Shown here: positions 9,501-18,278 of the stretch, piece after piece
Position numbering within the stretch: the first letter of the stretch is position 1
How the letters are laid out: every line of letters begins with the position of its first letter
Origin: Clostridia bacterium
GTDB taxonomy: Bacteria > Bacillota > Clostridia > Christensenellales > UBA1242
Assembly: GCA_045654505.1 (NCBI GenBank)
Contig: JAZONM010000007.1
Coordinates: 50,704-114,703, forward strand
Length of the DNA: 64,000 nucleotides
Direction: 5' to 3'
Position numbers and translations under genes: made by a program
The notes under the pieces: generated by a model
Database searches by the model: none
Seen by the model: the letters and a program-made list of their open reading frames with translations, nothing else
What the model was told of the DNA's origin: nothing

Positions 9501-12308
9501 TTCTTCCCAAGCATAATCTCCCGCTTTTACAACAGATGGCAAATCGACAATCAAATCTTCCGATGCATCTGTTAATTGATCTTTTGAAATAGTAAGACGA
9601 TAGCCCTCTGGTGAAGTTGTACTTGCTAGAGTCCATGTCATAACACCATTTTCTACTTTAGCTTTTACTTGTGGCAATACCTCTACGTCCACAATTTGAC
9701 TCGGAACACTAGATAGATAGTATACTTCACTACCTGTATTATCTACACTTTGTCCAAGGGCTGTGATTTTTATTTTATTTACACCCTCAATGAAATAATC
9801 TGTATTAAGATTTGCTACCCATTGTGTCTCATTGTAAGATGTCAAATCTGCGCTTGCATAAATACTAGAATGTTTTACACCTTTTGCGTCTACTATATCC
9901 AATTGATATCCATTGTTGTTTTCAATCTTATCAAACGCAATTCTATAACTATTTTCTACGATATTTATATTTTGCACTCCGCTCAATTGAGACAGATTGA
10001 CAAATAAACTCTCTACACTATCAAATTGACCCTCAATTTGTTTTACAACAGTAATTCGAGATTTTTGGGATAATGTAAATTTGTTGTAATAATTTGTGTT
10101 AGTAATTTCTTGTTTTTCAAAAACATCATCTTGATAATATTTTACAATATATGTAGCACCTTCTTCACCACTCCAATGCAAAACACCTTGATTAAGTGAA
10201 TATGATGTTATTGGGGTCGAACGCAAGATAGGAGCTGGTGTATAAGTGTCAGAATTGATTACATTAGTATCATTTCCAAGTACTGTAACACTAAAATTAT
10301 TGATATCCTTGATTGAATTTGGTCGATAATTATTGATATCACATACAGCAGTACTGGTATTGAATATAACTCCATAACCGAAATTGCTACTAATTTCATT
10401 CCAAGAAATAATGCCATTTTTTACGTCAATTTCACTTACACTTTCCGCCTTTGTAAATGTAAATGGCGCACATTCATTTGGTGTAGCATCAATATAGTCA
10501 TCACTCACAGGCAAAACTTGCAAAGTGTAAGTCCCTGCTACCATGTCTCTTGTGCCAAAATCCAAATCTGCCTTTGTAAGGTCGATACTAATATCACTTT
10601 CCTCGATTGTCACAAAACTTGCACTTTTGGATATTGTTTGGGTTGATGTATCGCCACCTGCATTAGTAAGATTTAATACAAAGTTTTGTACATTTGTGGT
10701 ATCAAGTAAAAATTTCAATACAGATTCTTTTGTAATACTTGCAATATTTGTGCTAGGAAGTTTTGTAAAACTACCTGCAAAAGTACTTATTGTGTCAAGC
10801 GCATATATTTTTGTAGCATTTGCAAGTGTCTTGATTGTATTATCTACTACATATGGTCGAATAATGACTTTAGTATATTCACCGCTTTTCAATCCCGAGA
10901 TTTCTGACAAAATTATTTCTCGATTTGAAGTGGTCATAACATGATTTTTATCATTACTTACAGTAGTCGCTTTATTTACGAAAATCAATTCGTAGAAAAG
11001 TTTTGAAATAAGTGTATTATCCACACCAAGACTTAATAAATCTGATGTTCTGATTGTAAGTTTGTTTTGAAGATTATCTATTGTACCTGTAAGATAACCT
11101 AGTTTTGTAAATGAAAATTCTTCACTTGTCGAAAATTCGCCCGACATAGTGTTTTGAGGATTTCCTTCTGCCCTAACTACAACAGTATAATTTCCCATAG
11201 CATAGTCAAAATCACTTACAGTAGACAAATCCAATGAATTAGTTTTTGAAATCACAGGATCACTATTATTGTTTATATAAATAGCATAATTTGTAGCGCC
11301 TTCCACTCTATTCCATGTCAAAATACCATTTGTGGACACGCCATTGCTATTGTTTACAATCTTTATCTCAGTAGGAGCTACAAGGCGATTGATAGTGCGA
11401 GATTGAGAATATGCACTACTAACCATATATGTAGGAACACCCTCTATTACAGTAGGAACATCTCCTACTACATTGTCTTTAAAGTGTAATGCCCTAACAC
11501 TTACTACAAAACTATCCTCGTCAAGTATGTTTGCAAAACTATACGACAATACATTTGATTCTACCAATTGTGTTTTGCCATCTCCATACACGATTTGATA
11601 GTGGGTTGCATTCTCTACCGAAGACCATGTGATTGTGCCTTCGTTTACAGATGTAATTTCAGGTTTTGCAAGTACAGTAACATTTATTTCCGAACTCAAT
11701 TCGCTATCTGCAAAATCAATACTTCCTGTAGATGCTTGCACTTTTATTATATGTGCGACTCCAGGAACAAGATTTGGAGTGTATTCATTTGTCGAAGTAG
11801 TGTACAATTGATCATCAATTAGCACATTATAACCGCCCGCATTAGCGACTGCATCCCATGAAAGTACACCATTCTCAAGTTTTAGATTTTGTGGAGTCGA
11901 AAGTACAGTAGGAGTATCGTGAATTATTACCTTTACCATTACCGAGAAATTTCCGCTAGCGGTAGAAAACTTGATACGTGTCTCTGTGTCTGCTTCTTGG
12001 TCTTTACGATTCTTTGCGGTGAAAGTTATGGTCTTCGAATTTTCACCATCAAAAACATATCCATCTTTTGATGTCACATACGTTTCACCATCTGGAAATT
12101 CTACATAAACTTTCTTATTGGTCGCCGCTTGAGGAGTCAGCGTATATGTAAGAGTAAAATCATCTCCCACAATAGGTTCAACAGTAGTCGCTGACACCAT
12201 AAGGCTTGTTACACTCACATTAGTGTCCCTCTTACAGCTACAAGCCCCGAAAATCGAGGTTGCGACAATACCAACTACAAAAGCTAATACAAATTTTAAT
12301 TTTTTCAT
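3513..12308 (-). CDS. Giant surface lipoprotein/adhesin: Ig-like N-terminus, about 18-20 FN3-like modules, GLUG-like beta-helix C-terminal domain
   Basis: ORF 3513..12338; preferred start is MKKLKF at 12308 (AGGTG RBS). Signal peptide with a lipobox-like SIFGAC. FN3-like modules carry G-x-[ILV]-x-W-x2-V-x2-A-x2-Y (NGVLSWDAVANAGGYNV, EGTITWSSVENATHYQI, NGILTWNRVEGATNYAI, SGRLTWTAVPNATSYVL ...). The C-terminal ~490 aa contain FGGLVGRNKGNI, FGGLIGYNETY, IGGIAFENN and AGIAQNNYGKI. There is no LPXTG and no C-terminal TM. Confidence 0.85.
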   Translation of the reverse strand: MKKLKFVLAFVVGIVATSIFGACSCKRDTNVSVTSLMVSATTVEPIVGDDFTLTYTLTPQAATNKKVYVEFPDGETYVTSKDGYVFDGENSKTITFTAKNRKDQEADTETRIKFSTASGNFSVMVKVIIHDTPTVLSTPQNLKLENGVLSWDAVANAGGYNVLIDDQLYTTSTNEYTPNLVPGVAHIIKVQASTGSIDFADSELSSEINVTVLAKPEITSVNEGTITWSSVENATHYQIVYGDGKTQLVESNVLSYSFANILDEDSFVVSVRALHFKDNVVGDVPTVIEGVPTYMVSSAYSQSRTINRLVAPTEIKIVNNSNGVSTNGILTWNRVEGATNYAIYINNNSDPVISKTNSLDLSTVSDFDYAMGNYTVVVRAEGNPQNTMSGEFSTSEEFSFTKLGYLTGTIDNLQNKLTIRTSDLLSLGVDNTLISKLFYELIFVNKATTVSNDKNHVMTTSNREIILSEISGLKSGEYTKVIIRPYVVDNTIKTLANATKIYALDTISTFAGSFTKLPSTNIASITKESVLKFLLDTTNVQNFVLNLTNAGGDTSTQTISKSASFVTIEESDISIDLTKADLDFGTRDMVAGTYTLQVLPVSDDYIDATPNECAPFTFTKAESVSEIDVKNGIISWNEISSNFGYGVIFNTSTAVCDINNYRPNSIKDINNFSVTVLGNDTNVINSDTYTPAPILRSTPITSYSLNQGVLHWSGEEGATYIVKYYQDDVFEKQEITNTNYYNKFTLSQKSRITVVKQIEGQFDSVESLFVNLSQLSGVQNINIVENSYRIAFDKIENNNGYQLDIVDAKGVKHSSIYASADLTSYNETQWVANLNTDYFIEGVNKIKITALGQSVDNTGSEVYYLSSVPSQIVDVEVLPQVKAKVENGVMTWTLASTTSPEGYRLTISKDQLTDASEDLIVDLPSVVKAGDYAWEELASGEYSVVMQAFAKENSNVIDGKTSTLTFSKISGTSLSVKNGEIVFNGVDGAVGYRVYMYDMDDTLVSDTVSSSVSSGNGKVVVNFDSFSANTEYKFAIKVLGGEYVNSNISSVRSVIKLDMVQDFTKVGGKLTWSNVLHNEGYILNGINGFAYNATLGTDVVQNSVPNSSFEDSGKYEITIVALGSSTTGASDIGYLNSEPQKITIVKLTDPSNIRLSDGVLYWGAYESITGSDSPLYAKIVVSMQDESDDFEYTCEQGVSINLYEKEELVEGSYSISVQFIGNENLILSSNIVKYNDGEFVSRIASANMTVNNGKIVFNKVENAKEYRVYVLSNAETDTYTLFETSAYVVKTGDVCEIVLNPSALVAGQNTTLKLMTIAEENSNFINSNLSAPLTVNKLTAISDLSINTHEGVSGRLTWTAVPNATSYVLLVSDGENTAEIAVSGQSTNYYDIADLPLTEGSYTVTIYAKGSATSGTGVGYLDSALSNSITITFVSDKISTKVEKGILSWNKVEGVQKYQLSISDGTNTVYRTISNSNDIVSYDLDKDSFVSDSSKDYVVCVVPLSLETSYYLVNTSKAITLTVNRALEVSELMVNEGLITWKVDISSLTMDQLLRAYDLFNKYKSNPDAFEETDEEKYTYEELYPYWNFIITINNTPYEIIPDKYTVGFDSTIMYYYEITDNVTSPTKYDVVVQSQGNKTCVDEDGNLILDGSDLPVAPTYLPSLPSETLTAYKSTVPAGIVSENGTIKFNMVTTVTKDGDDLVTNYVREYYLYGIPADGAVVLQWQIYVPDDHPEFAYVIDLKTLGADMGGNEITPNITYTYKICTCGTFSGDMNSGYTLNLRSNFYSPVSIAFLGQLDITYSDEDTTLGGIVKWGQNAISTDITHILYVMKESDAQAIGNTWWKDESVIKIDLNSEDSYFSFDDDKAKAAGIEGNTRYRVAVKYAGNNTTYIANGDNPSYVCVSTLKTVEFKTVGINKVYIQDGNFYWNPVDNCNFYKVMIYKLLADNSVKNIGPRYTSNNFFECDEFDDGQETLGYSIQITPLGQSREVNSEMVYFVNGYSNQPANAQGDRRYFEQLPKVTGLRVEYNDSGNLIIWDSNINASTYSVIINGVRNTESIYNNNSFYFNKDWGAGEYQISVKYNSGSTEKLNGLYCDPMLVKKMYEPQLHLENGKVVWSTNMSETLTSSSTKVSIYTSNAEGIIGTTPIESETIVDPTITSYNLSGNAGYYVVTVQFESREESEGVYQLSSSESKILVKKLSQVDEILNGVYKGNDCGYDNYVKWKVNEEAYAYKVELYNPQNEKILGDPYYYYVDPSTGLNDSEYFVLSNENPEYLCFNLKAMFAYGVSTVDVIVTAMGNTTEYSADANIVETLGYASSEPKSHTVSIPEAIPNLLSYDKGVIRWKGGAKYGDTINEKTVVNENSLAHNVEIVIVYASTYVFDAGTNTRDEVAVTEGISYTWEYSEGKDEVFYCPYITPGVQIKLRYYTTNSTSDYTPVFTITNNELFYAGTGTEEDPYMIYHDYNNNAELAKMFTNIQYRPTSHVVLMNDINMQGVSWTQIAQFDGHINAFGFTVSNLVVPNKLANGVNNSSLFNTIGENGIIERINFENISSVVDINNQNNTLNMAIITQNNYGQVKNLTIEGSAYGFAYKNLTFAGIAQNNYGKILGCNVKLNAEKDIKVSAGDITITGIYLHSNNKDAKIGGISINNYGTLENCAVESIIEAVSTGSNCAGYVGGITYSNNYVDENSKIYNCTVKNTTSIKANNIGGIAFENNADASILFSNAQAQINVIGYIRENGVSIQSVFSYFGGLVGRNKGNITSSFVFMDTINTEYNNKSNIYFGGLIGYNETYNDNTNTGKIKDSYVVVNTINHNSETPETRIGSIVGFVLSCAADDFTDLYENTPLTSISGGNAGNGDVSSSEVSSILYSDSGNANLIVAYILSGIDVDGSISEQNTLDYEELTVRFVINENYGLTSNTLPPYIIAA
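5000..11900 (-). repeat. Protein-level tandem array of divergent ~85-100-aa FN3-like modules inside the giant CDS (approximate bounds)
   Basis: The W..V..A..Y signature recurs at roughly 90-aa spacing from NLKLENGVLSW (about 11880) to DKGVIRWKGG (about 5290). The modules are divergent at DNA level; I saw no long exact nucleotide repeats. Confidence 0.6.
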
Positions 12309-12460
12309 AATACACCTATTTTCCATTTTTATACTCATATTCTAACACAAAGCGACAAGCCCTCAAAACATTTTGAGATGGATTATTTATATTTATATAA
12401 ATAAAGAATTTTGTGACCCATTACTTTATATTGAGTAAATAGAGAAAAAATATAAGCAAA

Positions 12461-12490
12461 GAAAAAGACCCGCCATAGTTTTGCGGGTCA
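12461..12490 (-). terminator. Rho-independent terminator of the hydrogenase operon
   Basis: gacccgc-(9 nt)-gcgggtc hairpin just after the hydA stop (12495), with a T-run on the minus strand. Confidence 0.8.
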
Positions 12491-12494
12491 ATTT

Positions 12495-14159
12495 TTAATG
12501 TCTATAATGCAACAATTTCTTACAAAGATCTTTTGATGGGATAAAGAAATCCTTATATATCTCGTCAATGTGTAGATTGTCGGCAGTTGATCTCATCTTC
12601 ATTTTACTGTCCACGTTATATAGCGATCCTGCACGTAATTTTTTGACGTCCTCAATATCCTCTTTATCATAGTCTACAAAACTTTGTCCACCACCATTGA
12701 CACAGCCGCCAGGACATGCCATAACTTCTACAAAATGGTATTTTTTCTTTCCAGAGATAATGTCGTCCATCACTGCTTTTGCATTAGCGAGACCATTGAC
12801 AATGCATAGATTTAGTTTTGTCTTTCCTGCTGTGACTTCTACTTCTTTTCTACCCTCACTTTTTCTAACTTCAAAAAAGTCTACTCTCTCCTTTTCTCCA
12901 AGAGTACTAGCTACATATCTAAGTACCGCTTCAGTCACACCGCCAGTAGCACCGAAAATAAGACCAGCACCACTATAATAAGATAATGGCTTGTCCCAAT
13001 CAGCTGGGGTTATGTTTTGATAGTCTATATTACTGTCCTTAATAAGACGTGCAAGTTCGCGAGTGGTAATAACAGCGTCGACATCTTTTCCACGTTCTTT
13101 CTCGCCTTTCTTTGCTGTACATGGCATTATGCCAACAACTTTGATTCTATCTTTATTTATTTTCTCTTTTTGCGAATAATAATTTTTTACAATAGCACCA
13201 AGCATCTCAGTCGGGCTCTTACAAGACGATAAATGGTTTAGGTGATTCGGATAGAAATTTTGCATAAATTTAAACCATGCTGGACAACAACTACTAAACA
13301 AAGGCAAGTCTTTATTTTTCTTTATTCTCTCAACCAATTCTTTACCCTCTTCTACGACAGTAAAGTCAGCACCCATATTGACGTCAAAGACTTTGTCAAA
13401 GCCGAGTTTTTTAAGGCATGCCACCATTCGACCCTCGTCAAACGTACCTATTGGCTCACCCCATTCCTCAGCAAGTGAAACACGCACAGATGGCGCTATT
13501 TGACAAGTAACATAGTTGTTTTTGTCAGAAAGCATGTCTTTCACTTTACCTATCTCACTGTTTTCGCTTAGAGCACCTGTAGGACAAACAAGCACACATT
13601 GACCACATCCCACACATACACTTTGTTTTAAATCACGATTGAAAGCACAACCCATAAAAGTGTCATAGCCTCTTTGTTGTTTTGTCAAAGCATGTACAGC
13701 TTGTGTATTGCTACATATATTAGCACAGCGACCACATAGTATACATTTATTATTATCTCTTACAATACAAGGACTGGTATTGTCAATCGCATATCTTGTC
13801 TTAAAACCGATGCGGTCAATTTTGTATTCTTCAAAAAGTTTTTGCAAATGACACTTGCCATTTTTATTACAGCGCTCACAATCATAATGATGATTGGACA
13901 TAAGCATTTTTAAAGTGTTTTTTCTCGACCTTAACACTCTCTCACTATGGGTAAAGACTTCCATTCCGTCACTTACTCTGCATGAGCAAGCAGGGAGCAA
14001 TCTTCCATTTATCTCGCACATACATATGCGACAATTACTATCATGGCACACATTTTTCAAATAACATAATGTCGGGATGTTGATTTTGTTTCGTCGCGCA
14101 ACCTCAATAAGCAATTCGCCATTTTTTGTCTCGACAGATTTTCCATTTATCTTAATCAA
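12495..14159 (-). CDS. hydA: [FeFe] hydrogenase catalytic subunit (group A, HydA/HndD-like)
   Basis: N-terminal 2Fe-2S ferredoxin-like fold; 4Fe-4S motifs CILCGRCANIC and CVGCGQCVLVCP; H-cluster motifs FSSCCPAW, MPCTAKK and ACPGGCVNGGGQ. Confidence 0.92.
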   Translation of the reverse strand: MIKINGKSVETKNGELLIEVARRNKINIPTLCYLKNVCHDSNCRICMCEINGRLLPACSCRVSDGMEVFTHSERVLRSRKNTLKMLMSNHHYDCERCNKNGKCHLQKLFEEYKIDRIGFKTRYAIDNTSPCIVRDNNKCILCGRCANICSNTQAVHALTKQQRGYDTFMGCAFNRDLKQSVCVGCGQCVLVCPTGALSENSEIGKVKDMLSDKNNYVTCQIAPSVRVSLAEEWGEPIGTFDEGRMVACLKKLGFDKVFDVNMGADFTVVEEGKELVERIKKNKDLPLFSSCCPAWFKFMQNFYPNHLNHLSSCKSPTEMLGAIVKNYYSQKEKINKDRIKVVGIMPCTAKKGEKERGKDVDAVITTRELARLIKDSNIDYQNITPADWDKPLSYYSGAGLIFGATGGVTEAVLRYVASTLGEKERVDFFEVRKSEGRKEVEVTAGKTKLNLCIVNGLANAKAVMDDIISGKKKYHFVEVMACPGGCVNGGGQSFVDYDKEDIEDVKKLRAGSLYNVDSKMKMRSTADNLHIDEIYKDFFIPSKDLCKKLLHYRH

Positions 14160-16015
14160 TGTCTACCTCCTTTCATGACAGCACCAAAACGACATGTTTC
14201 TTTACACTTGCCACATTTTATACATATATTTTGGTCAATTTCAAATGGTTTTCGGATTTCACCGAATATTGCATTTACAGGACATGCTCTAGCACATGCA
14301 CTACAACCAATACATTTGTTTTTATCAATTTCATATTTTGCAAGCGCCTTGCACACTCCCGCAGGACAACGTTTTTCTTTTATATGTGCAATATACTCAT
14401 CACGATAATATCTTAGTGTGGACAAAATAGGATTTGGGCTGCTTTGTCCAAGACCACAAAGCGAATTTTCTTTTATATACAAAGAAAGTTCTTCTAATTT
14501 GTCAAGGTCTGACATTTCTCCCTTGCCATCACAAATACGAGTCAAAATTTCAAGCAATTGACGATTACCAATGCGACAAGGCGTACATTTACCACAACTT
14601 TCATTGCAAGTAAAATCAAGAAAGAATCGAGCAAAATCCACCATACAGGTGTCCTCGTCCACAACAATCATACCACCTGAACCCATCATTGAGCCAAGTT
14701 TTTGCAAACTTTCATAGTCGATTGGAGTGTCAATGTATTCTTTCGGAATACAACCTCCGCTAGGTCCTCCCATTTGCACCGCTTTAAATTGTTTGCCATT
14801 AGGAATACCACCACCAATATCATACACAATTTCTTTTATTGTTGTGCCCATTGGAAGTTCGATAAGTCCTGTATGATTGATTTTTCCAGTAAGAGCAAAA
14901 ACTTTTGTACCTTTACTAGTCTCTGTTCCGATTTTTGAAAATTTGTCTCCACCATTCAATATAATATAAGGTATATTTGCGTAGGTTTCCACATTATTAA
15001 GCAGTGTAGGCGAAGCATTATACCCCGATACAGCAGGATATGGAGGTCGCACTCTTGGCTCTCCGCGTCTACCTTCAGCACTATTAAGAAGAGCTGTTTC
15101 TTCTCCGCACACAAAAGCACCTGCACCAAGTTTTATACCAAGGTCAAATGAAAAATTGGTCCCAAATATATTTTTGCCAAGCAAGTTTAGTTTTTTCGCT
15201 TCATTTATAGCTTTTTTCAATCTCTCATGCGCCAATTCATATTCAGCTCGGATATAAACATAACCCTTGCTTGCGCCTATTGCATAACCAGCTATAGCCA
15301 TAGCCTCAATCAAGGCTTGCGGATTGCGCTCGACAATACTTCTATCCATAAATGCACCTGGATCGCCCTCGTCGCAATTGCAGAAAACATATTTTTGTTT
15401 TGCTTGACTTTGACGAGTCAAATCCCACTTTTTACCAGTAGGAAAACCTGCGCCACCTCTTCCTCTAAGACCGCTTCTTTTTACCTCATCAATCACACTT
15501 TCGGGCGACATTTTTGTAAGCGCTTTGTATAGAGCTTTGTAGCCATCAATAGCAATATAATCTTCTATATTTTCTGGGTCTATAAGCTCACCATCTTTTA
15601 AAGCGATAAGGTGTTGGAGTTTGTAAAAATTAAGGTCGCTCTTTTTTACTTTTGGCAAACCTTCTTCTCTTAGCAGAAATTCTTCTACATATTTACCTTG
15701 CATAATGTGTTGTTGGACGATTTTGTCCACTTTTTCAGAGGTGATATTGCAATAAAAAACCTCGCCAGGATTTACAATAACAATAGGCCCATACGCACAA
15801 AGTCCAAAACACCCAGTTTTGTTTACCGAGACACTATTTATATGGTTTTTCTTCAATGATTTTTGAAATGCCGATATCACATCATCACTCTTGCTACTTT
15901 TACAGCCCGAACTTGAGCACACCATAATCTCAAAGTGTTTTTTGGATACATTGCGTCGCACATCAATAATAGGTTTTCTTTTTAATTTTATATTTTCCAA
16001 TTCTTTAAAATCCAT
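14156..16015 (-). CDS. hydB: NuoF-like NAD(P)H-binding flavoprotein subunit of bifurcating hydrogenase (HydB/HndC)
   Basis: GRGGAGFPTGKKW FMN/NADH site, CGKCTPCR 4Fe-4S, and a C-terminal 2x[4Fe-4S] ferredoxin (CIGCSACARACP, CIKCGKCKETC). A 4-nt overlap with hydA suggests coupling. Confidence 0.9.
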   Translation of the reverse strand: MDFKELENIKLKRKPIIDVRRNVSKKHFEIMVCSSSGCKSSKSDDVISAFQKSLKKNHINSVSVNKTGCFGLCAYGPIVIVNPGEVFYCNITSEKVDKIVQQHIMQGKYVEEFLLREEGLPKVKKSDLNFYKLQHLIALKDGELIDPENIEDYIAIDGYKALYKALTKMSPESVIDEVKRSGLRGRGGAGFPTGKKWDLTRQSQAKQKYVFCNCDEGDPGAFMDRSIVERNPQALIEAMAIAGYAIGASKGYVYIRAEYELAHERLKKAINEAKKLNLLGKNIFGTNFSFDLGIKLGAGAFVCGEETALLNSAEGRRGEPRVRPPYPAVSGYNASPTLLNNVETYANIPYIILNGGDKFSKIGTETSKGTKVFALTGKINHTGLIELPMGTTIKEIVYDIGGGIPNGKQFKAVQMGGPSGGCIPKEYIDTPIDYESLQKLGSMMGSGGMIVVDEDTCMVDFARFFLDFTCNESCGKCTPCRIGNRQLLEILTRICDGKGEMSDLDKLEELSLYIKENSLCGLGQSSPNPILSTLRYYRDEYIAHIKEKRCPAGVCKALAKYEIDKNKCIGCSACARACPVNAIFGEIRKPFEIDQNICIKCGKCKETCRFGAVMKGGRH

Positions 16016-16022
16016 ATTCCAC

Positions 16023-16493
16023 CTACTTCAGATTTTCCAAAATTCCCTTTATTTGGTCGCGTTTTACTTTTCCATGCACCTCACCATTGACAGTCAATAC
16101 CGGCGCCATACCACAACAACCCACACAACGAGTATTGGTCAAAGCAAATTTTCCGTCTTTTGTACTCTCGCCCATTTTAATATCAAGAGTCCTTTCAAGT
16201 TCTTCTACAAGACCGTCTGCACCTTGAATAAAACACGCAGTACCCATACAAACATCAATATTATATTTTGCCTTTGGTGTAAGACGAAACAATGCATAAA
16301 ATGTAATTATGCCATAAAGTTCTGCTTCGGGCACATTTAGAGCCTTTGATATCTCACTCAAAAATTCTTCCGGAACATAACCAAAACATTCTTGCACCTC
16401 TTGAAGACAATGTATGGCTTCGTTTTGTTTGTTTTGGTACTTTTTCAAAATTTTCACTAATTTGGATTTTGCACAATCTTTACAAGTATTCAT
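16023..16493 (-). CDS. hydC: NuoE-like [2Fe-2S] subunit of bifurcating hydrogenase (HydC/HndA)
   Basis: ORF 16023..16580. I prefer ATG 16493 (MNTCKDCAK...) because GAGGAG lies upstream. It carries CMGTACFIQG and CVGCCGMAP cluster motifs. Confidence 0.85.
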   Translation of the reverse strand: MNTCKDCAKSKLVKILKKYQNKQNEAIHCLQEVQECFGYVPEEFLSEISKALNVPEAELYGIITFYALFRLTPKAKYNIDVCMGTACFIQGADGLVEELERTLDIKMGESTKDGKFALTNTRCVGCCGMAPVLTVNGEVHGKVKRDQIKGILENLK

Positions 16494-16624
16494 TACAGAC
16501 TCCTCAAAATTTGTTTTAGTATAACATAGTTTACTTATTTTCCAAAAAAAATATAAAGGTTTTGGCCTAAGATTTGTCAAAGAATATTTGTTGTGTTATA
16601 CTTAAAAAAACACAGGGTGATTTT

Positions 16625-18112
16625 ATGAAAATAGGTTTTGACAGCAAAAAGTATTTTCAATTGCAAACAGAAAATATCTTAAAACGCATTAAAAGCTTTG
16701 ACAATAAGCTATATATTGAGATTGGCGGAAAACTTTTCGACGATTTCCACGCATCACGCGTTTTGCCGGGATTCCAACCAGATGCAAAGGTAAAAATCCT
16801 GAAAAACCTTAAAGATAAATGCGAAATACTATTTGTTATTAGTGCAATTGATATCGAGAGAAACAAGATACGCGCAGACTACTCCATAACCTACGATATG
16901 GATGTTTTGCGTCAAATCGACTGCCTTAGAGCTGAAGGACTTTTTGTTTCGGGCATTGTCATAACCCTTTTTGATGACCAACCAGCTGCAAAGGTATTTG
17001 CCAATCGTCTTCTAAGACGCAACGAAAGAGTCTACTTTCATAAATTCACCAAAGGTTATCCTACCGACGTAGACACAATTGTAAGCGACGAGGGATACGG
17101 CGCAAATCCATACGTAGAGACCACACGCCCTCTTGTTGTTGTTACCGCACCCGGTCCAGGAAGTGGAAAGATGGCGACCTGTCTGTCTCAGCTTTATCAC
17201 GAGTACAAACGCGGAGTAAAAGCGGGTTATGCAAAATTCGAAACCTTCCCAGTATGGAATTTAGAATTAAAACACCCAGTAAATGTAGCCTATGAGGCAG
17301 CTACCGCTGACCTAAACGACGTCAATATGATAGATAGCTTTCATCTAAATGCTTATGGCAAAACAGCCGTAAATTACAATCGTGATTTGACAGTCTTTCC
17401 AGTAGTGCGAAACATACTTCACAAAATTACAGGCAATGATAAATACTACCAATCGCCTACAGACATGGGCGTCAATATGATTGGATATGCAATCACTGAC
17501 GATAAAGTCGTGCGTGAAGCAAGCCTTGACGAAATAATCCGACGTTATTTTAAAGCAAAGTGCGAGTACAAAAAAGGCACAACTCCATATGATACTGTAA
17601 GACGAATAGAATTTTTGATGGGTGAATGGAAGATAACTCAAAATCGCCGCAAGGTAGTAGAAGTAGCAAAGAAAAAACATAAAGAAGTCGGTGCTCCTGC
17701 TGTTGCGATACAATTAAACAACGGCAAGATTATCACGGGCAGAAGCAAGGACTTAATGACAGCAAGTGCCGCTTGTATTCTAAATACCATTAAGTATTTG
17801 GCAAAAATCGACGATTCAATAAAACTCATTCCTGCCAGTATGCTTGAGCCAGTATTAGAATTTAAGCGCAATAAATTAAAAATCAAAAATGGACAATTGA
17901 CACTAAAAGATGTATTGATGATGTTGTCCATAAGCACCACATTAAATCCAATGGCAAGTGTCGCACTCGCACAATTGGATAAATTAAAAAACTTAGAAGC
18001 ACATTCTAGCTTTATTCTAAACAATTCTGATCAAAATACTCTTAGTGCACTTGGTATCAATATAACAATGGAACCGACATTCTCTAGCAAATCATTATAT
18101 AATCAAGAATAA
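16625..18112 (+). CDS. DUF1846/UPF0371 family protein
   Basis: ORF 16574..18112; I prefer ATG 16625 (MKIGFDSKKYFQLQTENILKRI...). FHASRVLPGFQPDAK and TAPGPGSGKMATCLSQLYHE resemble the UPF0371 family as I recall it. Confidence 0.7.
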   Translation: MKIGFDSKKYFQLQTENILKRIKSFDNKLYIEIGGKLFDDFHASRVLPGFQPDAKVKILKNLKDKCEILFVISAIDIERNKIRADYSITYDMDVLRQIDCLRAEGLFVSGIVITLFDDQPAAKVFANRLLRRNERVYFHKFTKGYPTDVDTIVSDEGYGANPYVETTRPLVVVTAPGPGSGKMATCLSQLYHEYKRGVKAGYAKFETFPVWNLELKHPVNVAYEAATADLNDVNMIDSFHLNAYGKTAVNYNRDLTVFPVVRNILHKITGNDKYYQSPTDMGVNMIGYAITDDKVVREASLDEIIRRYFKAKCEYKKGTTPYDTVRRIEFLMGEWKITQNRRKVVEVAKKKHKEVGAPAVAIQLNNGKIITGRSKDLMTASAACILNTIKYLAKIDDSIKLIPASMLEPVLEFKRNKLKIKNGQLTLKDVLMMLSISTTLNPMASVALAQLDKLKNLEAHSSFILNNSDQNTLSALGINITMEPTFSSKSLYNQE

Positions 18113-18141
18113 AAAAACACCGCATCATGTGGTGTTTTTCA
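18112..18141 (+). terminator. Rho-independent terminator
   Basis: aacacc-(9 nt)-ggtgtt hairpin plus a T-run immediately after stop 18112. Confidence 0.7.
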
Positions 18142-18278
18142 TTTAAGCAATATATTAAATTTCACAAAGTATAGACAACACAGAAAGCAAGACTCCATTT
18201 AATATAATCATACTCAGCACATATTCTAATGAATTATGTAAAATAGCAAAAGCTAGACAAAAAAGGAAGTTTAGATTA

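Noticed and set aside
3607-12071. About 20 plus-strand ORFs of 60-144 aa inside the giant gene
   Set aside because: All are antisense to an uninterrupted 8.8-kb ORF with clear domain periodicity. Long antisense frames are expected by chance within such a long CDS.
12361-12400. Short palindromes (ctcaaaa-ca-ttttgag; atttata-tt-tataaat) upstream of the giant gene as a possible invertible or phase-variable switch
   Set aside because: No flanking inverted repeats bracket the promoter, there is no nearby recombinase, and homopolymer tracts are short (A6 in the coding start). The evidence for phase variation is inadequate.
15891-16340. 149-aa plus-strand ORF across the hydB/hydC junction; also 21603-22491, 55838-56257 and 48878-49420
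   Set aside because: Each is antisense to a strongly supported gene (hydB/hydC, leuS, Y-family polymerase, P-type ATPase) and has no translation signals.
16494-16624. Overlap of the long ORF-track versions of hydC (to 16580) and the DUF1846 gene (from 16574)
   Set aside because: Internal ATGs with good RBSs (16493 minus; 16625 plus) give normal N-termini and leave a 131-bp divergent promoter region. The extensions are probably artefacts of longest-ORF calling.
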